From Octopus vulgaris (Eukaryota), in NCBI GenBank assembly GCA_951406725.2, contig OX597826.1, forward strand, positions 44,950,001 to 45,014,000: a stretch of 64,000 bases of DNA. The letters run 5' to 3'. The notes beneath the pieces were generated by a model. It saw nothing but the letters and a program-made list of their open reading frames with translations, was not told the origin of the DNA and did no database searches. Shown here piece after piece: positions 42,011-55,147 of this stretch. The translations under genes and the position numbers were made by a program. Within the stretch, counting starts at the first letter, position 1; each line of letters opens with the position of its first letter.

Positions 42011-42914
42011 GAAATACAATGAAGCAACTGAACACCAAATATATAGTGCGTGTGTTTTCATTGGCTAAACTGGCAACATGACCCTCCCCAAATACAACAA
42101 TATATGTTTCAACACACGAATTCACTTCAAGAATCTTGCAAAACAAATATATAAACGTAATAATTTTTTTAATCTTTTGCTTGTTGTCTAATCAAATCAC
42201 TGAACACTTTTCGCTGAAACTGACGGAGAAACATCCAGATGGCAACCACAAAAAATTCTAGCTACAATAAGCAACCTATATGGTCGGAAATCTGACGTGG
42301 TACACAAAAATAGCATGTTTTCAGAACTTACAGGACTCGAATAAAATGTGAAAGATATCTACCCTCACCCCACCCCATGTAATCTTTCTACACTGAAAAA
42401 AATATAATGAAGATAAGAAAACATAGTGACAGTCTTATTTGGAGATGATATCACACTTATATTTCCCCATCCTTCTCTAGACACTTTTGCACAACTGCTC
42501 CAGATCTATTTCAGTCCTATAGAACAACATTCTTTAAGCAGCTCAAACTTCCGATTACAGGGTCCCTTTTCTTGACAACAATACCAAAGAACAAATAAAA
42601 ACCAACCCTTACTGCCAGCAACGCAAAATTGACACACACACACACAGACCTTACACAGAAAAATACTGCACCCTTCGCAACACATAAAATACAGTAACGA
42701 AATTATAACGACATACAGACATGGAGTTACGATACCGTATTTGGCCCACTTAACTGAGATTATATACAGATAACATAGTGGATCCATCGTCCTCTCGACG
42801 ACAAACCCCAGCAAACTACAAAAAACTTAAAGTAGCACCCAGTACACATCCTGTATGCAGATCACACACTCAGATCGCTTTGGTAACGGATGAAAAATAT
42901 TAGACTAAAAGGTA

Positions 42915-43241
42915 TGGAGCACTCCGTCGGTTGCGACGACGAGGGTCCCAGCTGATAGGATCAACAGAACAGCTTGCTTGTGAAATTAACGTGCAAGTGG
43001 CTGAGCACTCCACAAACACGTGAACCCTTAACGTAGTTCTCGGGGAGATTCAGCGTGACACAGAGTGTGACAAAGCTGACCCTTTGAAATACAGGTAATA
43101 CTCACTTTTGCCAGTTGAGTGAACTGGAGCAACGTGAAATAAGTTTCTTGCTGAAGGACACAACGCGCCGCCGCCGGGAATTGAACTCACGACCTTACGA
43201 TCATGAGCCGAATGCCCCTAACCACTAAGCCATGCGCCTTC
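42915..43241 (-). mobile_element. SINE-C (head C plus tail type 1) with TSD
   Basis: tRNA-like head, tail shared with 63385-63570, TSD ACTAAAAGGTA (42904-42914 and 43242-43252). Confidence 0.9.
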
Positions 43242-44011
43242 ACTAAAAGGTAATATCACGTGAAATAGCAGTCATATCTGACTGATATCATACTTAACTA
43301 TTTTAGGAAAAGAAAAGGCACTTTCGATAACATAATCCTCGATATACAAGTCCTGAAAGAAATAAAACTGTAGTGTCGTGATACTGTGTCTTTTATCATT
43401 TGACCTGCTGAATCACAACTGATCTGGGTGTTAAACATCAAGAGCTGCCAATATCGTTTGTAAGTTTCTCAAAATAGAAATATTAAAAGGCTTATTTTGC
43501 CTAAGAGATTAAACTGGTTATGTTAGCAAAGTATATTAATTGAAAGAGCATTTGGAAATTTTCCATTTTAGTTAAAAGCTAGTCTTGAGCAGTTTACCTG
43601 CTTAATGGGCTTTATAAAACTTGTATACATCTTAGCTGCTAATTTGTATTAATCCCCACTGGGAAATGTTGCTTTAATCATTAATAAAACTCGGTAGTTG
43701 ACTTTCCAAATATCCAAAATTAAAAGGAATTCACACACATTCTCAGACATACACGCACGCACACACACATACACACACACTGAAGCATAAAAAAATACTT
43801 CTTGCAAGTCACAATTGTACTAGGTTCTAATTTCAAATCACAGCACATCCTACATTTTATCATTAATTAAAATCTTAGGGTAGCAAGAATATTCATAGAA
43901 AAATTCTTAGTTACCCACGGTCTAGCGAGAAAGAAAAAAATAGTCAATAGACTATATATTATTGAAAGAAGAATACAGTGTACGTTCAAACACAAAAGAG
44001 ATACCCGAAGA

Positions 44012-44071
44012 ATAGGATATCTGACTCGCTTGGAGTTTTAACTGCTCTTTCTAGCGAGTCAGATATCCTAT
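44012..44071. repeat. 19-bp perfect inverted repeat (mini-MITE or hairpin)
   Basis: ATAGGATATCTGACTCGCT, a 22-nt spacer, then AGCGAGTCAGATATCCTAT. Confidence 0.8.
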
Positions 44072-45566
44072 ATATATATATATATATATAACAAAGCAAC
44101 TTAGTTTCACACAGGAAGCTAACATAAACATCCACACAAACAAAAACACATCCATACATTTATACACAGATTTATATCCTATCTCCCTATTATCATACCT
44201 TCACTTTATCATGCTTTGCTTTTTGGCTACATGCTAAAATGTACTTTGATCCACAACACACAGAACATATAATTTATAGTACTCATTAGTATCTTGTTAT
44301 CTTTTATTGTTCAAATAGGATTCTGCATATATAGTTATTCCGTTTTTCTATTTTTCCATCTAGTTAGTTGCCTATTGCGAGTTAATAGCGTTGTCTCCAG
44401 AATTTCTCTCAAGCAACCTCGCAAAAAATCAATCTCTTTACTGAACAACTAGTCACTAAAATAATACAACTCTGTTACAAACCCTGTTCATTAAACAACG
44501 CAATAACGAAATTTTCGGTCTTTCACCTATCACTTAAGGATATCCGTCAGTCAACGTTCAGCTTCTATCTGCAGATGTATGTACAGGACGAAGCATAGTA
44601 TATTTGTTTATTTGATATATTTTTTCGGCCGACACAGATTACCATCTACGTCGTCGTATCACTGTTACGGGGTCGCATACTGCAAGGAATCTTGCTCGAC
44701 ACTCTTATAGTTCTGATAATCCACCGTCTTGGATTGGTACTTAGTCATCGTTCCCGAGAAGATAAAAAACTCAGTTGATCTTGGCATGATTAGAACTCTG
44801 GTTATTTTTATTCACAATTACTCTAGGTCCTAATTTCATATTATACGACATCTTATTGTATAAAGATTTTTCTCACTCAAAGCACATACACACGCACGCA
44901 CGCGCACACATACACACACGACACACACACACATACACACACACACTCATCTATTTTACACCACTCCAAAACTATGCCTTCACCATATCACACTTTGCTT
45001 TCTGACTGAATTCAAAAACACGCTGTGAAAATTGCGCGCGTAATAATTACCGCAAAGCATTCTACAAAGCACTCTAACGACACCGTCAATTCGCAGCTTT
45101 ACTTTAGACACAAATTAAGCAGTACAGCTATCACAGATCATATGGATCGTTAATGTTAGACATCGTCTGTAAAAATAATATAGAAATTTGGCGATCCATA
45201 GTTATATTGGTCAATACTCATATACATAGACCTCACTGAACTAAATTTTGTTAGATACATCTTCCAAATAATTTTTTTTGCTGCAGTTACTAAAAGGTGA
45301 AAACGTCCACATCAACGCCTTCTGATTCGTTCATATTTTTGAGAAGGCGAATTCTGATCAAGAAAATTATTCATTGTCTTTCAAGTACTTTAGTGATCAA
45401 ACTGCTCTTTTGGTCTGTCACTTTTACTTGCCGATCCTTTGAAAGTTAACAACAATAAGAACCAACATCTAAGAGTTTTCGAAATGAATGCTTATATATC
45501 AACCTGACAAATACATCTTTAGGAACTCTTTTCTTTTACATACATACATACATACATACATACAGC

Positions 45567-45721
45567 GGCGCAGGAGTGGCCGTGTGGTAAGTAGTTTGTT
45601 TACCAACCACATGGTTCGAGTTCAGTCCACTGCGTGGCACCAAAGTGTTTTCTATTTTAGCCTCAGGCCGACCAAAGCCTTGTGAGTGGATTTGGTAGGC
45701 GGAAACTGAAAGAAGACCGTC

Positions 45722-45792
<71 letters not shown>

Positions 45793-46030
45793 GATAGATA
45801 TTTATATACATATATATATGTGTATGTTTGTGTTTCAGTGTTTGTCCCCCAAACATCGCTTGACAACCAATGTTGGTGTGTTTACGTCCTCGTAACTTAG
45901 CGGTTTGGCAAAAGAGACCGACAGAATAAGTACTAGGCTTACAAAGAATAAGCCCTGGGGTCGATTTGCTCGACTAAAGGCGGTGCTCCAGCATGGCCGC
46001 AGTCAAATGACTGAAACAAGTAAAAGAGTA
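45567..46030 (+). mobile_element. SINE-B with expanded internal (TA)n
   Basis: Head, body and tail match 41350-41745. Confidence 0.9.
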
Positions 46031-47249
46031 GTAAAGTGTATACATACATACATACATACATACATACATACATACATACATTCATACATTGGTCACTAGA
46101 CAGACTGTCAAAGAATACTAACTCGTCCCTGTAATGTTATTGACCCGAAACAAATACTCTCTTCTCCAAATAGGAAATTCCTTTGCAAATATTACTTTCT
46201 CTGTTGTAATATCTCTCTCTCTCAACAGAAGTACAATTACCCACAGAATTGGAATTTGATTTACTATTTCTACCTGTCACAGCTTTTGACTGATGATGAT
46301 ACCACTGACATTGGATACCACGATCACATTGCCAATCATATCGATCGTGCAGTCAATCATCCTTTTGTAATGATGCAATAATTATAGCCATGAGTGTCAC
46401 AACTCACCAAGCAATTAACTCCCTTTTCCAGCGATTTTCCTTTTCCTGACAAGAAGGTATCTCCCTGAGATATCATAAAAACTTTTCATTAAACAAATCC
46501 CGGTGACGTACACTGCATTATGATATTTTTGTTACATGCCGAAAAGGAAAAGATTTTGTAATATATAGAACCACCACAAATCTTTGCTTACATGCTATCT
46601 TCTAGCTATTACATATATTCTTCATGTAAAATCATCACCTGAAATTCATCTCTCAGTTCAATGCCGATATCCGAAACGCTTTATTTCAGCATTCTCGTCG
46701 CCGTCTATGTAATATATTTGACAGAGATAGCAGTAGAGCAAGAGAATAACGTTTGTGATTGGCTATTTATTACCTAGCACAATAAATAGCTTTGGGTATT
46801 CAAGCATTCCTAGAACGTAATACAGAAGTCAATATTTTATGCGATACAGTCATCAGTCTTCATCGGCCGCTAAGTTTCTGAAATAATTTATCGACACATC
46901 TCATCTTATACTGGTGTTTGCAGAAGTTAAAATTTGTTTCTGACCGCTTTTTGTTTTCAAGCATGACTACAGATGTATGAATGTGAGCGCCAAACTATTC
47001 GGAGAACTAGCAGTCAAAAGTTTTTTGGCATAGACAAAAGTCCTATTAAAAACCTTAAATACCTATGACAACTCACTTATGCACACCTCGATCTATAAGG
47101 CTTTTTGCGTCAGCCATGAAGGTTTTCTTATCCGTTGATTTACGTGGATCGTTATACACTATGATCGGAATAAATCCATTTGTTTGACATCATCACGGAA
47201 ATTGTCGCCATCACATTTCTGTAGACCTGGCAGCAGCATAAATTCGCCT

Positions 47250-47497
47250 CTACTCTTTTACTTGTTGCAGTCATTTTGACTGTGGCCATGCTCGAGCACC
47301 ACCTTTAGTCGAGCAAATCGACCCCAGGACTTATTCTTTGGAAGCCTAGTACTTATTCTATCGGTCTCGTTTGCCGACCCGCTAAGTTACGGGGACGCAA
47401 ACACACTAGCTTCGGTTGTCAAGCGATGTTGGGGGACAAACACAGACACACAAACATATACACACACATACATACATATATATATATATATAAATGA

Positions 47498-47550
<53 letters not shown>

Positions 47551-47716
47551 TACGACGTGCTTCTTTAAGCTTCCGTCTACCAAATCCACTCACAAGGATT
47601 TGGTCAGCCCGAGGCTATAGTAGAAGACTCTTGCCCAAGGTGCCACGATGTAGGACTGAACCCGGAACCATGTGGTTCGTAAGCAAGCTACTTACCACAC
47701 AATCACTCCTACGCCT
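47250..47716 (-). mobile_element. SINE-B, full-length
   Basis: Reverse-complement match to 41350-41745. Confidence 0.9.
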
Positions 47717-49589
47717 ATGAGTCTAATCACAAAAACAGATCGAGGACAACATCACTAATTCAGTCGTTAACTTAGCTTCTCGTTTTTCCACACAAAATAT
47801 CATGGCAGCAATCTATTTGCAAGAAATAGACACGGGTGTAGATCTTCCGAAAGAAATTTAAAATTATTCTTCTATGTCGCTATAAATTCCATAAATTGTA
47901 CCAATGCTTAACGTTTCAATGTTAAAACTTACATATTTTGTCGTTAGCTAACCTCGTTAACAGAGCAACGCTTCACTTCCTGAACAAACTACGTATACAC
48001 TTGCGTCAGAAATTAATTAGCACTTCTCAAATTTCTACATTAAATAGGTTAAATCAATTAACCTATGAGCTGTTCAAAACATCTTACGCGATGAGAAAAC
48101 TTTCATCGTTCTGCGCAACAGTGAACTCGCAACAAAGCAATAGTTCGAGATATGGCCACTAGGTGACAGCACATACCTTGAGTGAGGAGCAAATCAAGGG
48201 TGCTAATTAATTTCTGATGGTAGTGTATCTCCTATGTATATCAGCCTTAGACTTCTGACATTGCTTTCTACAGAATCGTCTAATAGTCCAAAGGCGATCA
48301 TAAAAAAAATATTCAGAGGTGTATTCAGAGTACTGCACAAATTCTACAGCAGCTACACATAGAAACTCATCTAGCTTTGTCTCGACGAAATGTTTCCAAA
48401 ACAAAATGGCAACAATAATGTCCGTAAGTATTGATAAATGTAAGCCAACAGCTCTCAAGCCGCAATCATTTTTCAAAGCATTGCCAACACTCGAATGGTG
48501 AATCAGCCACCTGCATACAACAATATTCTTGCATCTGCATCTTGCAAAACACAGCCAGGCCGTCATGTATGTATATATTGCAGATAATTTTGGCGCACAC
48601 TCCAGGTGAATCCACTAGCTCATCAATCATTCTAAACCTACAGTGAAATACGTTCATTTCAATACGCAGTTCTTGTCCTACAAATTTACAATTTTGCCTT
48701 CCCACGACAGTCAATAACTTTAATAATATGAAGTGCATTTTCAGCTATATATCTTCAGCACAAACAAACAATAGAAAACAATTTATTCTCACACAATCAT
48801 AGCCTCTCAAATATTTCATAGCCTTTTATTTTTTTCCCTCTCGCCAACCGTATCTTGACTATTTGGTTGAACGAGCTCTTGCAGTAAAAAGAACGTAGCT
48901 ACAACGACTATTTGGGTGCGGTAATAGTACAGTTGATAAAGTTGAAGTTTACCAAACCCGTTAGTAACCATGCATCCTAATCCGAAATACAAATACTAAA
49001 AAAAGGAGACAAACAAACAAAAAAAAGCAATCCTCGTTAATCCATACTATTCTATAAGTTACCTGAATTATCCAGGAGGCAAACACCAGTCAGTCAGTTT
49101 GATAGTTTTGTTGTCAACCTGCCAACCAGTCAGTGCATTGATTTTAATCAATAACTGCTACTTGCATTTAGTTAATCCAGCTCTTCAATTTCTAAAACTT
49201 TTTACTAAGTTAACCTGACAGCATTATTGCTGTTACAAACTCACAATCAAAATTCTCACAATTCGACTGAATAAAATTGTTTGTTTTTCTATTTAAATTT
49301 TATTGTCAATTACTTTTCCATTGCAAACAGCTTGCGGCTAAAGTTTCTCTGAAAAAGAATGATTACTTAGAATGCAAATTTAAAGGGCCAAATGACTGGA
49401 AAAACGCCATTTCGAAACCAAGGTCTTAAATCAGTAATTTTATGACTTCACCGTCTCTCCGTTTATTTGACTTCTATTTCTTTGTCTATCTCTTCCTCTA
49501 ACATTGTTCTGTCTCGCCTTCTTTCTTCCTTCCTGTTTTTGTTAAGTTTTAAACTATTAATTCTCAGCAGAAATTCTCTGCAATTTTAT

Positions 49590-50240
49590 TTTCAATCTTT
49601 TGCTTGTTTTAATTATTTGTTTGCAGTCACGATGGGGCACCGCCTTGAAGGATTTTAAATCAACTTCAGCACTTAAGTTTGTTTTAAATATTTAGTAAGA
49701 ATACTACCGGTGTGTTATGCCGAACTGCTAAGTTACAGGGACGTAAAAAAACAAACAAACAATACTAGTCGTCTAGTGGAGAAGGTGGATGCGAGCTGGC
49801 AGAAACGTTAGCGCGCCGGGCGAAATGCTTAGCGGTATTTCGTCTGCCGCTACGTTCTGAGTTCAAATTCCGCCGAAGTTGACTTTGCCTTTCATCCTTC
49901 CGGGGTCGATAAATTAAATAACAGTTACGCACTGGGGGTCGATGTAATCGATTTAATACCTATGTCTGTCCTTGTTTGTCCCCTCTATGTTTAGCCCCTT
50001 GTGGTTAATAAAGAAATAGGAGGCAGTGGATCAAACACAGACACTAAAACTCACGCATATTTATGTGTATACGATGGTCTTCCACACAGTTTCTGTCTCC
50101 CATATTCACTCACAAGGCTACAAAACATTGTCCCACATGGGGATATAGTAGAAAACACTTGCCCAAGGTGCTATGCATTGCAAATGAACCCATATCGACT
50201 TGGGTGCAAAGCGAGCTTTTTAACCACAAAGCCATATCTG
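49590..50240. mobile_element. Old SINE-B (minus strand) interrupted by a young SINE-A (plus strand, 49790-50018)
   Basis: Diverged SINE-B halves flank a near-consensus SINE-A. Confidence 0.8.
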
Positions 50241-51054
50241 AGCTTATTAAATCGTATGCTATTAATTCTAAAGAGAAATCACCCACAGTTGTCTGCTTTC
50301 GTCTTCCTTTTAGTCAGTTAAAATCATGTTAACATGTATTTCCCTATACAGAAAATTGGTGTTGTTATCTGTGATTATCCAAAGAATAGTATGCATAATT
50401 ATTATTGTATGAGTGGCGGTGGATAATGTTCTGAAAGACATTCTAATCGTTACAAAATTATAAACAATATTTATAATGTCGTTGTTTATACATAATATTT
50501 TTTGACATCAACATTCATCAAAAAGGTGAGATTGAATTAGCATGAGAATTAACCGAAAGGCAAAGTATTGTTCCTACGTCATGTTTTCTCGAATGTTTGT
50601 TATTAATACTAGATTTCAAATCTGATAATGTTACTGATTATCGATGGTCGAGCATTTTCCACTGCACGTTTTCTCATGCTACAATTATTTAGCACCGACT
50701 ATTTAAATTTAAATTTGGTGTTCTTTATTCTAAAACTCAATGTATTGGCTCTTGGCTATTGATTTCTGTAAATGTCAACCGAATATCCACAGAGTAGCTA
50801 AATTTTACATCAAACACCGATCGTATTTGATCCGGATGTCAGGCTATGTTGATTTGAACTATAAATAATTCATACACGTTTGAAATGCATTAATTCATCT
50901 TTTATTTGATAAGTTTAACTAAATGGACAAACATGAATACATGAATATAAAGCATATGTCTATTTGAAGACTGTCTATATGTGAGGACTACGACAAAAGA
51001 ATCGATTTACTGCAAGGATAGTTAAAACTAATAACGTATTTTATTTATCTTCAG

Positions 51055-51078
51055 AAAGCATTCAGCTTAGCCATGACG
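51055..51078 (+). CDS. Candidate 24-nt microexon (KAFSLAMT in phase 0), host gene unknown
   Basis: Branch-like ACTAAT near 51028, TATTTTATTTATCTTCAG acceptor, ACG|GTAGGT donor, length divisible by 3, TGCATG at 51104-51109. Motif evidence only. Confidence 0.35.
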
Positions 51079-52770
51079 GTAGGTATTTCATAAAAATATA
51101 ATGTGCATGCAGTGACTGTAAATGGGAAAAGGCTAAAAACAAATACTACGGAAAGAAAAAGGAAGGGAAGGAAGATAGAAAGCTGAAAGCGCAACAATCA
51201 ACATTTCTACGAGAGATTTTTGTTTAGCAATTACATTTAAAAGAATGCTTTGTTTTTAAAGATTTCATATTTCTTTTATTCCATTAAGAAGTGATTTTTC
51301 AACGAAGATTTCAGAAAGTGTAGCTAAAAGGAGAGGACAATATAAGCAGTTTAAAGAAATTTATTCTATAGAATAATGTTATTATTGACTTTATAAATGC
51401 ATTTATAAACAAGATTCATCTTTTGAAAACTGGACGGAAATAAATAATGAACATTACTTGAGGAACAGAGAAGGGAAGATTGGGGGCTGTGAGGAGTTTG
51501 GGTGTGTGTGTATTGAAGAAAGGCTGTTGGAGGTGTAGGCGACGGTGTGTTTTACAGCGATTTCTGTCAGTATTTATGCATTTTATGTATTTATTCTTGT
51601 AATGCTTTCACTGCTATCTTAACGAGAACATGTCATTTAATTCCTCCATGGAAATTTAATAGTTATAGTAAATGTGATTACTAGTAAATATTAAAACGTT
51701 TGGTGGCAATCAATATTTATATCACCGAAGGAAGATAAACAGAGTGAATAGCACATTTTCTCTCGGTTAGGGCTATCTTTCATTGTCATTAAACCGACTG
51801 AATGGGAGATAATGACGGCGGTTTTCATGTCCTCCGTCGTGACATTTGGAATGTCTGTCAACTGAACAGACCATAACCCGCAAATGAAACCGAAAGCCAA
51901 ACTTTTTTTTCTTCTTATTTCCCATAATGTTTGCCAGTATTTGACGTTCTGTTCGATATTCGTTGGTGTTGATATATTGTTGTTTAGACACTTTGTTCAT
52001 AAATCTGTTCAAATCGCTTTTCAATTTACCACTGTTTTCCACAAATATCCAATGATTCATCAGATTTATCTGATAAGAATGTCATTTTACATTTATTATT
52101 ATCATTATTATTATTATTATTATCGAATTCGATGTTTTTTAAATTTATTTATGGCATTAATTTCTCCGAGTGCTTATGTAAGACATCTAAATAACCAATA
52201 AATAATTCCAATGAATAGACAGACACACATACATCTATAATACTATGTGCACATACACACGCACACATGCGCACACGCACATGTACACACACAACAGCAT
52301 ATATTATAATAGAGCGAGTTACGTGATCTTGCTAAAACGCAATGGTTAGTCTCTAGCACACAAACGGCTTGTATTGAAAATACGCATGACTCGATCGCTG
52401 ATCAATAAAATTCATTAATCAATTCAACGAATATACTTCGTCCCCTAAGGAGGTCAGACAAAATATACCGAAAAATGACAGGGGCTATACAGCCCCATTT
52501 CAAAAGCAACAAACACTATGCATAATGCGATAATCAACTCTGTAACTAAAAGTGTTAGAAGTAGTCGAAAACTACCGCTGGTTCGACTGCCGTATGCACT
52601 TGATGGAAAAGTACACCAGACGGTCATAAGACATTCGTAATGTTACGTACAATGAACTTGACTGCCTCTTCAATCCTTTTTATACACTTATATCTGTATA
52701 TGTCTGTCTGTGTGTATATACTGTGCATACATATATATGTACGATATACCCATGTATGTATGTATGTATG

Positions 52771-53012
52771 TATGTCATTATTAAATTGTATTTGAAGATT
52801 TCTTGCCAATAGAGAAAGAGCCGGTTTCTCACTTAGATCCAAGGCTGCTTCATTGGAATTTCAACATCAAAAACAGGGTATTTTTGAATGTATGTATATA
52901 TGTCATTATTCAGTATATTTCAAGATTTCTTGCCAATAGTGAAAAAGCTGGTTTCTAACCTAGATCCAAGACTGCTTCATTGGAATTTCTACATCAACAA
53001 CAAGACATTTCT
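52771..53012. repeat. Diverged tandem pair of a ~115-bp unit embedded in (TATG)n
   Basis: AAGATTTCTTGCCAATAG...TAGATCCAAG.CTGCTTCATTGGAATTTC occurs twice. Confidence 0.85.
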
Positions 53013-53155
53013 GTATGTATGTATGTATGTATGTATGTATGTATGTATGTATGTATGTATGTATGTATGTATGTATGTATGTATGTATACGTGCAGAATT
53101 TTATGCTTTGTTTTATGTATGTCTTCTGCATATACTTGCATGTATGTATGTATCT

Positions 53156-53189
<34 letters not shown>

Positions 53190-53220
53190 AAGCACACAGA
53201 TATACACACACATTTACGTT

Positions 53221-53680
53221 GTCGATTTAACGTCGTTGTTACATGACATGATGCTAATCACGGAAGCATTCAAAGAGTTGATTGTGTTATAACTTTCCAT
53301 CCCCTGAGAGGGGTGCGATGAGGAAGCAAATGAGAAGAGAACGAAATATGTTGAGCTAAGGAAGTTTAAGCAGTAATAATGACTCACAAGCAACAAGTCA
53401 TTCCATTAAAGAAAGGATACAGAAGGCTAGCAGGCCAATCCCTCTGCAAAGCCTTACAACATGATGAGTATATTAGGGGCCAGTAGTTGAATTCGTATCA
53501 AGCAATGCCATAGCGATTGTAGATGTCCTACACCAAGACAGCTGCGGATCGGGAGATATGAGCTCTGGAATGAGTAGCATTTCCTGGGCTTCTGTTAAAT
53601 GGATGCAGTCTAAGCTTCCTGGGCTCATCGAATGACCTCAGATCCAAGGAAACCTCCCTGATGACCTGTCCAGATAATCA
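53221..53680 (+). mobile_element. 3' remnant of an RLE-type non-LTR retrotransposon (Hero-like)
   Basis: TSLLHDMMLITEAFKELIVL*LSIP*EGCDEEANEKRTKYVEL matches the restriction-like endonuclease pattern TSLRPD..ELTVPWE..EEA.ERK..KY..L. Confidence 0.7.
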
Positions 53681-53789
53681 CAGTCAAGAGCACGGAAAAA
53701 AAGCTCCACATACAGACACAGACATACATGGTCAACCACCCACACACGTGCATCTACGCATGTATATACGCCTATATGTGTGCGTCTCT

Positions 53790-53950
53790 CCATTTTTTCA
53801 TTCCCTCATATTTTCCTCTTAATCTTTTCTGTGGAAGAGCGTAGGCTCGAAACGTAAAAGACTTCCATTTTTCCCGACCGTGAAACTAATATACCTACTT
53901 GCTGTTCCAACACCTGTCTCCGTCTTCTCTTTTCTATAAACTTGAACTAT
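53790..53950 (+). mobile_element. PLE tail module HHR-1 (hammerhead motif 53825-53860)
   Basis: TTTT-CTGTGGA-A-GAGC-GTAG-GCTC-GAAAC-GTA-AAAG, ending at (TA)n. Confidence 0.8.
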
Positions 53951-54289
53951 ATATATATATATATACATGTGTGTGTGTGTGTGTGTCTGTGTCTGTGTTT
54001 GTGTGTGTAAATGGAGAAAAGTCAGTGCTGACGATTCAGATAATAGAAGGCGAGACGGAAAAGGAAGTCTATACTCCTGATATGGTGTATTGGTTAAAGC
54101 GAATCCCAAAATATCGATATCCAAAAATTGGAGGCCTGGTTGAAATGTTCACGGTAGAGAGCAGTTTTCACTAAAGGACGCTAACGACCAAGTAATGACG
54201 CTAATTAAGATGGCAGATAAGATCTACCATATGTAACTGATGAAGGTGCCTGTATTTTGTTACCTATATTACTCTTTACAAAGGCTTCA

Positions 54290-54500
54290 AGCTGCTAGAA
54301 TCGTTAGTACGCTGGGTAAAATGCTTAGCGGCATTTCATCCACCTTTACGTTCTGAGTTTAACGCACGCTGAGATCCACTTTGTCTTTCATCCTTAGAGG
54401 ATCGATAAAATAAGTACCAGTTGAGCACCGAGATCGATGTAATAGATTTACCCGAACTTGCTTTATTTGTGCAAAAAAGAAAAAAAAATGAAATCTATAT
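54290..54500 (+). mobile_element. Diverged SINE-A
   Basis: Head and central domain recognisable. Confidence 0.7.
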
Positions 54501-54821
54501 TAATCTCAACGGCCCGTAATTTTCGTGAATAATATTCAGATTTGTTATTATTTTCTTATCACTCAATAAGAAAGAGAGGTAATGTTCATGACACGTCTCA
54601 GTACCGCTAGAAACTGGTGAAAAAAAGGAAGATTGATATCCATTAACCAGACAGTGGTGTTAAACACTGTCATAGATTTATTCTACCTTCACGCCACACC
54701 GTGGTGTTCAAGTCGGGATTTGAACTGAGAATGCAAAGATATGGTAGAAATACCACAAGGCGTCTCTTCCAATGCTATGAAAATTTAACAATCCACCATC
54801 CCGGATGGTCGTCTGTCTTAA

Positions 54822-55147
54822 CCAATGGTTCTTAACTGAGGTCCTTATGGCCTCTCAAGGTCCATATAAGACTTTTGGGAGTCCATACAAAATAGTAAAT
54901 TGAAGGTCCACAATAGGCTCCTGAAAAATGTTTACTTTAGATGTATGTATTGGTATGCATTCAACTAATAGCTAAGTTTCTTTCTCTAGCATTTTACATT
55001 GTTCAACCTAAACAAGTTAACGTGTGAAAGACAAAATAGGACTTTCGGAAGAAGCTTTTATAAAACTAAACTTGGAATGGCTATTGTGGTCCATCAGAAT
55101 AAAATAGTAATCAAAGGGATCTATAGATAAAAATGGTTTAAGTGTTC
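54822..55147. mobile_element. Probable hAT-type MITE
   Basis: Start CCAATGGTTCTTAACTGAGGTCC resembles the reverse complement of 59955-59984 (CCAGTGGTTCTCAACTTGGGTCC). A similar end occurs at 10880-10902. Confidence 0.45.

Noticed and set aside
51691-51900. 69-aa non-repetitive ORF on the minus strand
   Set aside because: No recognisable domain or clear splice signals.
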